Source: Camelus ferus (lineage: Eukaryota). From it: DNA of 64,000 nt. Under the pieces are notes generated by a model, which saw nothing but the letters and a program-made list of their open reading frames with translations, did not search any database and was not told the origin of the DNA. The DNA is taken from the NCBI RefSeq assembly GCF_009834535.1, contig NC_045697.1:85438001-85502000 (forward strand). The letters run 5' to 3'. The stretch's first letter is position 1. Each line of letters opens with the position of its first letter. Of the stretch, positions 53,920 through 63,500 are shown piece by piece. Position numbers and translations under genes: made by a program.

Positions 53920-56900
53920 GGAAAGAAAGAAAAAGAAAGATAGAAGCTTCTGATACAGGAAAGCCAAAACAGCCGCCAGGGTTTCCCTTTCTCCAAACCA
54001 CAGTACTTTCCAGGGACTACAGGTAGACAGGGAGCCTTCTAGGCTTGTCATTCTACTCTCAACTCTCCAGTTAATGCCTTGCCCGAGCTGCAAACGGCAG
54101 CGAGGGATAGGGGTAAGTGAGTATGCCTACATCACAGAAAAGGGACATGGCCTTCATCGGTAACCTGCAGGGCTTAATCTGCTACTCAAAACCAGATTAG
54201 TAGTCCGAGTAACAACCATCCAGTTTGAGAAGACGGGCACTTGACCAAAGATGGGAATTGTTCCCCTTGTTAACCCGAGGTCTTCATGCACCTGCAAGTC
54301 ATTCAGGAAAGTAGAGGAAAGTAGCTTAAACATTTTTTTTTTCTGGGATCCTGTTCTTTAAAATTGGGAGACCCACCTCAGAGTTGATATTACAAGGTGG
54401 CTTGACTATGGCATTGTGGAGGGGGACATTATCCTGCTCTTTCTAAATTTGATATGTCTGAGTATCAAAATGGGGAAGAAAAGAGCAATACTGCTGTATT
54501 ACTCACTTGTGGTTAAGTTTCTTAGTTCTGAATTATTTAGGGGTGTTTACTTTCTCTTTCCTCTCTTTTTGAATGTGGGATGATTTTAAATTATAAATTG
54601 ACTTTTACCCATTAAAAGATATTTTCTCCCAGAAGTTTCTTGACAGAGGACATAGTCTAGAGAGAGGAGGGGATGCCCCACTTCCCCTCACACATTCACT
54701 GCTCACACTGTTTCTCCATCTGTGGAAAATAGCTTATCCCCCAAAGAATTAGAGAGCTAGCCTTGCATAGAACAGTCTGAACTTTAAGCCATCTCTGCCC
54801 TCACATATAACCTTGTGTTTTTATGGCTGCTAGTAAGAAAGTCGAGGCCAGGATGCTCTGTGAGCTGTGATGAATGTTCGTGCCAACTCTAGAGACATCG
54901 CTAGAGGCTATTTTAAGCACTTTCTTTTGCCACACTCAAGACAATTCACTGACACCCTCCTTTGTTCATTAATCCTCAGTATCAAGGGGCCAGTAACACA
55001 CTCAGCACCCCCACCACCCCCTTATCATTTTTCAACAGACCGCTGGCTATCCACAAATCTCCTCTAGCTGAAATCAATGAGAATCTTCACACCCTTGGCT
55101 CCCCCAGATGACTGAGTTAAAGCAAATACCAGGCAGAGAAGTGTTTACCTTTCTTTCATATAACTCTCTCATGCTTCTAAACTGCTGATCCCATTGCTGG
55201 TTAACTTCCAGGAGCTGAAATTATTAAAATTTAGTAAATCAACAAAGGATTTCTGCCCATTTGGAAACTTAGCCAAAATGAAATCACTTTTTTGAGGTTA
55301 CTGAAGTTTATTAGAAGCCATGGGTGAAGACAATTCCACCAAGTTCTGGTAGATCTGAGATGATTTACTTGAACACACTCTCACCCTTTCATAATTGGTT
55401 CACATATGAAAAACTGTTAGGTCTTAGGTATGATTAGTCAGCTGAACAGTTTATTGGCAACTTTTAACTTTGCTTAGTTATTTGAATTTTCATCTTCTTT
55501 CTTTAATCCAACCAGATTCTGATAAAAAATATATTAATGGTATTCTGTGAGATTTATTAATATATGAAGGGCCTTTTTTCAAATCTTTTCATATTTTTCT
55601 CTGTTCTTACATTGATTATTATAATGAAATATTTCTTCTAGCTTTTTAACAGCAGAATTTCTATTAAAAAATTCTGAGCCCTGTTAACTGATAATCATTT
55701 GCTTGCAATACTATGTTTTTTTTTTTTTAAATCAGCACGTGATTTGTAATATACACTCAGTGAATGAATAATATCACCTTTTTGAAGGTACAGACTTTCA
55801 AGGAATAATAGTTTTGTCATAAGGCAATATTTAGAAATAATTAAGCAGAAAACAATTTGAAAGTTTTAAAACAATGTGCTAAATAGATAAAAGAAAAAAC
55901 ACTATGACTTGTTTTTAGTTTTCCTGTAAGGGAAGTCTACAACTTCTCATATTAAGAGAAATTCCAACACCTATCAATATGGGACAGACATCAAGGGGAT
56001 AGTCAAATGACTAAAAGGTAGCAAGATTTTCTCTTAATTACAAAACAAAATATCTAATCCAGACTAGCAGTTACTAAGTAACTCTTATGCTGGAACTAGA
56101 GATGACTATTTAGTATAAGACTATATAATATTATTATATAAAGATACCTGATCTGTTGTCATTTTAGGGACTAGCATTTCTATGCTATAGTAATTTTACT
56201 CTGCTAGAGCTCAGTAATTTTCCAGAAGGGCACAATATTTTATGCAGTACAAAGAGGGGTAAAAGGCACTATAGGAGAAAACATGAAGGCTGTAATACAG
56301 AAAATGACTTAGAAAAGGAATTACAGAATTGACAACATAGTGCTAAAATTGCTGACTTTTCACTTCTTTCTCTATCTAGGAGAATAAGGAGGTTCTAATA
56401 TTTATTATAACTTAGAAAACAAAAAAGAACTCAAAATAATACCCATCACATTCCCAAAGCATTTTAGAATAAAAGATTCTTTTTAATGATAATGACCCCA
56501 ACTCATGAAGTCATAGCACCTAAGTCAACTGTACAATAAAGCCTTTGACAGTTTGAGTTTCAGGGTATGTCAAGTTGCAGGGCATAAAGGTGACAGGTGA
56601 TAAGCTCACCTGGCCCACACGGAGGAAACATCTCAGCTTTGAAAAAAGTTAAGATTATAATTATTGGATTTATGACTTTGCTATTTTTTATTCATTTTCT
56701 TAACACCAAGAGGCCAAGTAAGAAATATGTAGGTGAATTAGAAAGATGCATTTGCTCTCAAAGTAATGCAGTCCAGGGTCCTAGAGATAAACACTGTGAC
56801 CCTATAACAAAAATAAAAGGCACTAGGTGATACACTGTCTGTTTTATTCTCAGCATCAATCCATGCATGTTGCTTCAACTAGTATTTCAGAATTACCTCT

Positions 56901-59900
56901 TTCCTCTGTTGTTCCAAGCACTTTATCTTTTGTTCAAGAGGATTTGGTAAGTTCTTTCTTCTTGATGATTGAGCACACTTAAAAAAAAAAAAAAAAGTGA
57001 AACAGAACAGTCTATTAAGAAAACAGGAGAAATGCTTCTTTCACAGACTCTCATGTTGTGATTTTTAAAAAATATTTTAGCAGTGGCAATCCCCACACTG
57101 TAGCCTTTCATAGAGACCTGCTGATGAATAAGCTTTATATTTTGGACTCCTTTATATGAGTCAACTACCAAAATGATGCTCTTATAAATTGTAAATGTGT
57201 CTGTTAAGAGGCAAGCAAGAAATTAGGATTTTATGAATTTGGATTTCAACCCTTTTCAAAAAAAAAAAACCCAGCATATCATGTGTATAGAAATCAGGTA
57301 AGTTTCATGGATACATGTTAGGTATTTATCTAGTAAACATTTCTGAAAAATTATGTTTGTAGCTGTGTCCATGATCTGAAGAGTGGCCCGGGCAAAAGTC
57401 AGAGGAGTGATAGAACCATCAAGAAAAAAAGACCAACACCTGACAGTTAAGTGGCAGCAAACCGATTCTGGAAACTACAATGAATTAACTACCCTCAATG
57501 ACCATCATACGATTATGTTATGGAGGTGGGCATAGATTACCTGGCATGGTGTAATTTTAAGCAGTCTTTTGAATAAACCCAATAGGTTACAAATTTAGAT
57601 TAACAATAAATCATTGGCACGGTGAAAAAGTTAACCACCTTTCTTTACAGGGTTTTTTCTTTTCAATGTATTTAAAGAAAGCACAAAAGCTCTGGAAACT
57701 GCCTGCCATCTGTCTAAATCGACCACCAGCAAGGTTCCCTTAAGTACTATTTTCTCTGTTCCAACTCAACAGTCTTATAACCACCTCACGGCTGAGTCAT
57801 AGAAGTAATACAGTAAATTAGGTAAAGAGGGTAGTCCCCAAATCTGCTATTCAGTTTCAGGCTCAGTAGTTATTGTGGACCACGAAATTGCTTAACGGTA
57901 TTCACGAGCACTTAAGAAATATTTTCAGAACATGTTGGCCTTTGTCAGAAACGTTACAGGAAATGCTCTTTTGCAATCATCATGGGATTTCAAGGGCTTT
58001 TTGCATTAGAAATGACTTATAAAACTATTTTTCTATCTTTACTTACTTTTGTCTCACTCAGCGTTCTAGGTCTTGATGGTATCTTACGTTTCTATAAACG
58101 CAGTTCTTAGTTTTCTTAGCTACTTCCTATTCAGACCCATTTATAATTAAGACTGCATTTTAAAAGAGACATTTTTTTCTGTGGGTCAACAAAATCAGAA
58201 TGATTAGACCTCCTTTGACCTCCAGCTGGTTTGGCTGAGTGCCAGAAGTGACATCAATTTCTAGGTGGCAAGTATGTTTGGTCCTGCAATTGAGGTTTCT
58301 CCTTTTCAGGACTTCCAGGGGTCTGGACTCATTCTGGATCAGAACAGACTAAATATTAGGCAGCTTTGATGTGGAAAATGCTGTGAGCCAACCCTGCTGA
58401 GAGTGTCTTGTGCTCAGCAAAGCAGAGGTGCGGTAAGCCTGGACTCTACGCCAGGGGTTCTCACCACAAGAGTGCATCAAAATCTCCCTAGGAGCTTGCT
58501 ACACACAGAACACTCTGAACACTGAATCAGAATGTCTGAAAGGGAGCCATAGCACTCTATCTTCTTGTTTACAATTTTAGGTCACAGCAAAACTGAGTGG
58601 AAAGTATAGAGATTTTCCATACACCTGCTGCCCCTTTACGTGGCAGTCTTCCCCATTATTGGCATCCCCTGTCAGGCTGGTGTATCTGTTAATAGATGAA
58701 CCTATATTGACACATCATTATTAACCAAATCCATAGTTTATACTGGGGTTCCCTCTTGGTGTTGTGTATTCTATGGGTTTAGACAAATGGTTTTAGAACA
58801 AATGTGTAAAGATGTGTAACCATCATTATAGTATCATACAGAATGGTCTCACTGCCTTAAAAATCCTCTATGCTCCACCTATTTATCTGACCTCTATTTT
58901 TAATAAATTTCACAGACTATCATATTCATACTAAAGTTCAAGGTTGTTGCATTCCACACTGTGCTTCGGAACATGGATTTTAGGTCCTCAAAAAGTCTTT
59001 TCTCCATCTATGATATACACACACAAAAAAATCTGTGACCAGCAAACATTTGTATGACCTTGCCTTCTGGGAATTTAGATTAAGAGTAATCAGAGAGTGT
59101 GCATTTTTTTCCATATACAATTTTCTCTGAAAAAATTATGAAATATTTTGACTCTTGATTTTTTTTTATAAATAAGTTATATATAAATAATTCTTTATAA
59201 AAATCATTTACAAGATCATCACAACAATAGGTATGGCTTATAGGCCATAAATGTAGGGATTTCTCTGGAAATCAATCAACATTTTACCATGGTTCATATG
59301 TCTTAGATATGTATTAAAATGAAAAAAAATCAATTAAATACAAAGTTTGGGGGAAACTTTTCATTTGCATTTGCTTTGCTTTCCAGTTGTTAATAAAGCT
59401 ATTTGCAATAAATAGGAAGATTTTTAGTCTTTGGTCCTTCTAAGGGCCCATTTAAAGAACAGTTATTCCCTATAAAATGTAATCTGTGTTCAAAGCGGCT
59501 GGGCATTATTTTCTCATTTATCCTAATACCAGACCAACCTCTAAGATATTCAAGTTCTGACATTGCTAAATTAAACACCTAAATGAACAAGAGTCTCACT
59601 GAGTTTCCTACTATATCTTAGTTATCTCTCAAAAAAAAACCTTTAAGAAACATTTTTATTCATTCATTCATTCATTCATTCATTCATTTATTCAATTAGT
59701 ATTTGTTGCAGTAACCAGTTAACAAAGATTACATAATTAATTGCATATATAAATAAATATTTTACCATAGACACTCTATTGCTATAATAGATTTTATTTC
59801 TAACCGCATCAATATAATATTCTTTTTAAATTTTACATTGAACCAAATTCCTCTAACTCAAGAACAAAATATGAAACACACAGAATTGAAAAGCTGAGAG

Positions 59901-60229
59901 GATGGAATTTAATTTCTCATTTTGTAAAAGAAGAAACGCAGCTCAGAGGTGTTAAAAAAAATGCAACCATCACCTAGTTTTTTTGTTGTTGTTGAATAAC
60001 ATTGTTAAAAAATATAGAGCAGGTCTTAGCTAAAGAAAGCAAACTAGCCATTTCTACTCTTAATAATCATTGCATAATTAGCCAGTAGCAATGCTGTTGA
60101 TGCTAAATACAGTCAGTTCACCCCCTAGAAATGTGTTCTTACCTCTGCAAGCTCCGTACAACTTTCCGCACCACTCATTCTAGTTGTGCTCTGGACGCAA
60201 GTTACCACGGAAGCTGTTTTTCCTGGAGT
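29642..60229 (-). CDS. TNIP3: TNFAIP3-interacting protein 3 (ABIN-3), spliced CDS of 11 exons: 60143-60229, 56897-56977, 55149-55214, 53292-53423, 51098-51226, 46962-47081, 43948-44073, 40170-40220, 39171-39269, 36245-36305, 29642-29670
   Basis: Joined exons total 981 nt in one open frame ending in TAG, all with AG/GT boundaries. The translation is colinear with human TNIP3 as I recall it (LLEVNQQWDQQFRSM, VQIYEEDFKKERSDRERL, PDYQWY). Further 5' exons may lie outside the window. Confidence 0.96.
30393..30478 (+). mobile_element. Short internal L1 ORF2 fragment
   Basis: gaaaccataaaactcctagaagaaacataggcagaac. Confidence 0.65.
31195..31420 (+). mobile_element. MIR
   Basis: gtggttataatgtgggctttggagttaggc...cctcagtctcc...gagatgataagtataaaacacct. 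Confidence 0.7.
31423..31845 (+). mobile_element. MLT1C-like solo LTR
   Basis: tgttatggggtaaattgtgtcccccc...ggacttctggcctccagagctgtgagaacataaatttttgctgttttaagccacctagtttgtgg. Confidence 0.9.
32490..33036 (-). mobile_element. MER115-like hAT-Tip100 element
   Basis: The right end (agcttgagccataacatttaaatatttatacat...ttcttgccccagaccctggcagtgttacaggagg) matches the MER115 terminus as I recall it. Left boundary uncertain. Confidence 0.5.
34290..34530 (+). mobile_element. MIR
   Basis: aagcctcagtttcttcatctgtaaaatgg...ttgtgaagattaaa. Confidence 0.8.
35181..35309. mobile_element. MER91-like palindromic hAT MITE
   Basis: Inverted arms caggttgtgtactgcacaa ... ttgtgaagttcacaacctg. Confidence 0.65.
36245..36305 (-). 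CDS. TNIP3: TNIP3 penultimate exon PDYQWYAPDQFPPDAQHKAN+G (61 nt, ends in phase 1)
   Basis: Inside ORF 36138..36383. acacag| acceptor, ATG|gtaaga donor. Confidence 0.94.
39171..39269 (-). CDS. TNIP3: TNIP3 exon MYFPTCNCGLKLPVWDPRGPAVPGAMRDLQQHP (99 nt)
   Basis: Inside ORF 38991..39350. ttctcctcag| acceptor, CCA|gtaagt donor. Confidence 0.93.
40170..40220 (-). CDS. TNIP3: TNIP3 exon IKACQMEKEKLERQLKQ (51 nt)
   Basis: ttcttccacag| acceptor, CAG|gtatgt donor. Confidence 0.94.
40610..40780 (-). mobile_element. MIR
   Basis: tttacaggggaggacactgaggcatgagatgctgagtaacttgttcaaagtcacac. Confidence 0.8.
41072..41708 (-). mobile_element. MER82-like TcMar-Tigger element, near full length
   Basis: Degenerate TIRs cagtcaattctc... 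and ...ggatggacta. Interior encodes a decayed Tigger HTH-like peptide (APKHRAKAPSHVPEHRKAVTCFTEK in ORF 41210..41533). Confidence 0.75.
41885..42240 (-). mobile_element. Two tandem MIR fragments
   Basis: attttacaggtgagtatactgagagaggttaagcaac and cattttgcagatgaagaaaaggaagg cores. Confidence 0.65.
43948..44073 (-). CDS. TNIP3: TNIP3 exon VQIYEEDFKKERSDRERLNQEKEELQQINQTSQSQLNKLNSQ (126 nt; UBAN/AHD2 ubiquitin-binding core)
   Basis: tttcctag| acceptor, CAG|gtataa donor. Carries the DFxxER motif of the NEMO/ABIN/optineurin UBAN domain. Confidence 0.97.
46962..47081 (-). CDS. TNIP3: TNIP3 exon ALQDALKMECSSPSEDCLGKSEAECSREEMRTEMEVLKQQ (120 nt)
   Basis: catag| acceptor, CAG|gtgaga donor. Confidence 0.95.
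47450..47615. mobile_element. MER5-type MITE
   Basis: gcatcagaatcacctggagg...ctgagaatctgcatt. Confidence 0.7.
51098..51226 (-). CDS. TNIP3: TNIP3 exon KEKESLNKELHELKKENKLLKEKNALANQKKQHYECEIKRLNK (129 nt)
   Basis: Core of ORF 51029..51262. cttcag| acceptor, AAG|gtatca donor. Coiled-coil composition. Confidence 0.96.
53000..53560. promoter_or_regulatory. Intragenic CpG island over TNIP3 exon 53292-53423
   Basis: CpG-dense, with GC boxes (ggggcgg near 53263, ccccgccc near 53282) and an ETS-like gaggaagtg near 53077. Confidence 0.75.
53292..53423 (-). CDS. TNIP3: TNIP3 exon VAELKTKLDASERFLGTLEEERLQSQREIDRQHRRTRERLRREE (132 nt, GC-rich)
   Basis: ttccttag| acceptor, GAG|gtgggc donor, phase 0/0. 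Confidence 0.93.
53605..53863 (+). mobile_element. L1 3' end (cetartiodactyl type)
   Basis: gggagggataaattaggaattt...gctgtacaccagaaactaa...caactatacttcaa. Confidence 0.9.
53864..53940 (+). repeat. (GAAA)n microsatellite derived from the L1 tail
   Basis: Read directly from the sequence. Confidence 0.9.
55149..55214 (-). CDS. TNIP3: TNIP3 exon LLEVNQQWDQQFRSMRELYERK (66 nt; conserved ABIN homology region)
   Basis: tttcag| acceptor, AAG|gtaaac donor. The LLEVNxQWDQxFRSM motif is shared with TNIP1. Confidence 0.96.
56897..56977 (-). CDS. TNIP3: TNIP3 exon CAQSSRRKNLPNPLEQKIKCLEQQRKE (81 nt)
   Basis: Poly-T..aag| acceptor, GAG|gtaatt donor, phase 0/0. Confidence 0.93.
58568..58888 (-). mobile_element. 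L1MC-like 3' fragment, apparently nested in a MER5-like element (about 58452-58960)
   Basis: gatgaacctatattgacacatcattatt...ctgccttaaaaatcctctatgctccacctatt. Confidence 0.75.
59657..59686 (+). repeat. (ATTC)n microsatellite
   Basis: Read directly from the sequence. Confidence 0.85.
60143..60229 (-). CDS. TNIP3: TNIP3 exon TPGKTASVVTCVQSTTRMSGAESCTELAE (87 nt; first ATG at 60178)
   Basis: Acceptor ttttctttcctttttttcttcctactatccaag| and donor GAG|gtaaga. Resembles human MAHFVQGTSRMIAAESSTEHKE. Confidence 0.85.
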
Positions 60230-60460
60230 CTTGGATAGTAGGAAGAAAAAAAGGAAAGAAAATGTCTCTTATGGTATCTTTTAAAGTGAGAGCAAATACA
60301 TCAAATTTAAAAAAGATCACACAAACAGTTAACTCATGATAGAAAATCACAGGAACAGTTTTTCAATATTTCACTGAAAATGAATAGAAGTGACTCTGTC
60401 CACGAATTCCACAGAATAAGCACAGCAATGGTGATTTTAACTTTTCTTCTCTTCCAGATA

Positions 60461-60470
60461 GGGATTTCCC
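60461..60470. promoter_or_regulatory. Consensus NF-kB site GGGATTTCCC in the putative proximal TNIP3 promoter
   Basis: Perfect GGGRNWYYCC match about 230 bp 5' of the ATG-bearing exon. ABIN-3 is a known NF-kB-inducible gene. Confidence 0.7.
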
Positions 60471-62194
60471 AGGATGTCTCAAGTAGGCGTGCTGTGACTA
60501 ACACACAAGGCGGATTAGCCTTGCTATGGTATGTAAATTGTCATTCTTCCTTTACTGGCAGTTTCTCCCGCTGGAGGAGGAAGTTACCAAGAACGCCTGG
60601 GCAAACCAAGCCTTTCCTCAGTAGCCTAACTGCCATAATTTCACTGTATTTCCCAGTGCAAGTAAGTAACTGTCGACCTTTTGACAGCTTGGTTACTTGC
60701 TTCCCTAAAGGCAGGACCTTCTGACAGTGTCCTGTACATGTGAGCTTCGCGGTGTGACATTTAATGAATCATAGATAATTCTGTAAGTGCTACTAATTCT
60801 TATGGAACTGAAAGAGAAGATAATTCATTATAAAGATATCAGGCATTGTTCATAAAGCTAATCTTCCATATTAGCAGGAAGATTAAGCTTGGTTCTCAAG
60901 ATTCAAGTCTCCAGACTGTCTTTTTCATAAGTTATCCAGGTATTCTCGATGACTCCACGATAAAAAACTTTTTTGGGGGGGCACTAACATTTAGCTTTAA
61001 TAAGCTGACTTGTCATTTTACAGGGCACTAAGGTAACGGCACACTTGCTAGATAGTGCAGATAAAAGCAAACGCTTGGAGCTGCACCCATGGCCCAGGAT
61101 AGAGCAGAAGACCTCATTCTGGACTCGGAGGAGAGGGAGCAAAAGAAAAGGCAAGGGAAGAATGTGCTGTTGAAAGGAGAAAAGAAGGAATTTACAGGCA
61201 ATCACTGAATTTACATTTTTGTTTAGATCTCCCTATTTGGTCTAATAATTTTACTGTACTGACACCTACAACTAGAGTATAGGGTCTTAATTAATTAATT
61301 AATTAACTTTTAAATTCTTATTTTTTATTGAAGTGAAGTTGATTTACAATGTTACTTTCAGGCGTACAGCCACGCACATACGTATAGGATAAATCCTAAA
61401 ACTCCTGAAATTCAAATTCTTTAGCAGGAAATGAGTGGGTGGCCAAGATCTGACCTTCCTTTGTCTCCTTCAGATCTACCACTCTCCAGTTCCCCCTGTG
61501 CTCCAGCCCTGCTGAATTCCCTCTGCTTCCCGAACTGAGAACTGAGTCATACCCCCACACACGCACTCTCTCCACCTAGAATGTGTATGTCTGTATGTGT
61601 ATGTATGTGTGTTTACTTTCTGCTGGCTTCTTGGTCTGTTGGGGGGGGTTCATGTGAGTGAAACAAAATGATCTTTCCTTAAGGCAGTTTCCAAAAATAC
61701 AAGTGGGAATCAAATTTGTTCAGAGTTCTAAAGGTAAAACTTATGACTCACATATCCGATTTTATGGAATGTAAGCAGGGATTTCCTGGAGACCGACACT
61801 TCATTAACACTAAAATCTACTCATCAGAAAAGAAAAAAAAAGACAATAACATAAAAATATTTTTCTTGCCCCCTCAACACACACACACACACACACACAC
61901 AACAGAGTTACATATGGCTCAAGGCGTCTGTCAGCCTTACCTGTGTATTTGGTAATAATAACTCAGTAATGTGGTAACACTGATCTAAAGAAGTGGTTAG
62001 AAAGAACATTGTCTTTTTTTTGTTTGAATAGTCAAGTCTTTAAGATATCCTGAGTCAGTTAACGTATTTACTGACCAAGGGTAAATTAAAATATCTAAAA
62101 TTCATACATTTTAAAATTCATAGAAGTGATCTAGCAATTTTACTGCATTGACATCTACGACTAGGGTATAGGGCCTTAATTAATTAATTAATTC

Positions 62195-62472
62195 TTATTT
62201 CTTATTGAAGTTGATTTACAATGTTACTTTCAGATGTACAGCGAAGCAATTCAATTCTACGTATACATACATACATACATATATATATATTTTAAAATTC
62301 TCTTCCATTGTAAGTTATTACAAGGAATTGAATATAGTTCCCTGTGCTTTGCAGCAGGTCCTTGGTGTTTATCTATTTTATACATAGTAGTGTGTATCTG
62401 TTAATCCCAAACTCCTAATCTATCCCTCCCCGCCTTTCTCCTCAGTAACCAGTTTGTTTTCTAAGTCGTGAG
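62195..62472 (-). mobile_element. L1 3' end (cetartiodactyl type)
   Basis: ttattgaagttgatttacaatgt...ttgaatatagttccctgtgct...ttaatcccaaactcctaa. Confidence 0.88.
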
Positions 62473-63284
62473 CCCAAGAAAGAACACTGTCTTGCCAGAA
62501 AGTACTCTCCTTGGCACTGTTGTCTTTGGGCCCCTTGCACAGGTATCCTGTTGCACACTCATTTCGTAGCACATCATGGTGTGATTGCTTCTTTGAATGG
62601 AAATCCTATATCTTTGCATTTTTCATTATAATTCCTCTGCCTCTTCTGCTATGGCAGTTTAACAAAAAACAGATTTTCTATTAGCTCCAGAGAGCCATGT
62701 GGTGATTTATGAATAAACAAGAACTTTGCTAGAGAGCTCCAAGTTTGGTTTGAGGAAAAAAGGGATTTGCACTAGTCCAGTCCTAGGGAAAAAAACTGGA
62801 TATTTTCTGTTACATATGCCCTCTTCGCCTCACCTCCACCCCTCTCGCATGTGCTGTATACTTTAAGAGTCTGGCTATTAGTCAAGCTTTGTTTCATAAG
62901 TCTCACTGGCTGCAATAATTTTCAGAGAAATGGACACATCACTCCATGTTTCCAAAGTGATTTCGAAGAGTCCTCATTTCTCAAGTGACTAAAATAATAT
63001 CTAGAGGAAAATAACGAACAAAGGGAAATATGGCGAAGTAAAAGACCAAGGAACTACCCATCGTTGGTCTGTAGCTATCATTCAGGTTGATGATAATTCT
63101 CTCAAAATTAGTCCAAGAGAGATCATCACATTTCTATAAATGCTTGGAGGGATCCTTTGGCAGGTAAAATAAACATGGCTTTTTCTTTAATACTCTTTCA
63201 GTATTGAGGCTGAAAAACCTCCTTTGCTTCCTGGATCTATTTGCGTGGATTTTTAAGTGACTGTGCTGTCTAGGTAGGAGACAG

Positions 63285-63500
63285 AGTGCCTCATGGTGAC
63301 TAAAAGAGCTGACTCTAGAGTCCAGTCATCTGGATTTGCAACTCATCTGTACCATTCATTGCTTGTAAATTCAGGAGCAATGTGTAAGGACCCTAAGGCT
63401 CAGCTCCCACATTTGTAAAATGGGGATAGGAGCAGTGTTGCCTTCTTAGAGTTGCTGTCTGCGATAATAACATGTGAGAGCTTAGATACTAATAATTACA
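63285..63500 (+). mobile_element. MIR
   Basis: gactctagagtccag...ctcagctcccacatttgtaaaatggggatagg. Confidence 0.75.
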
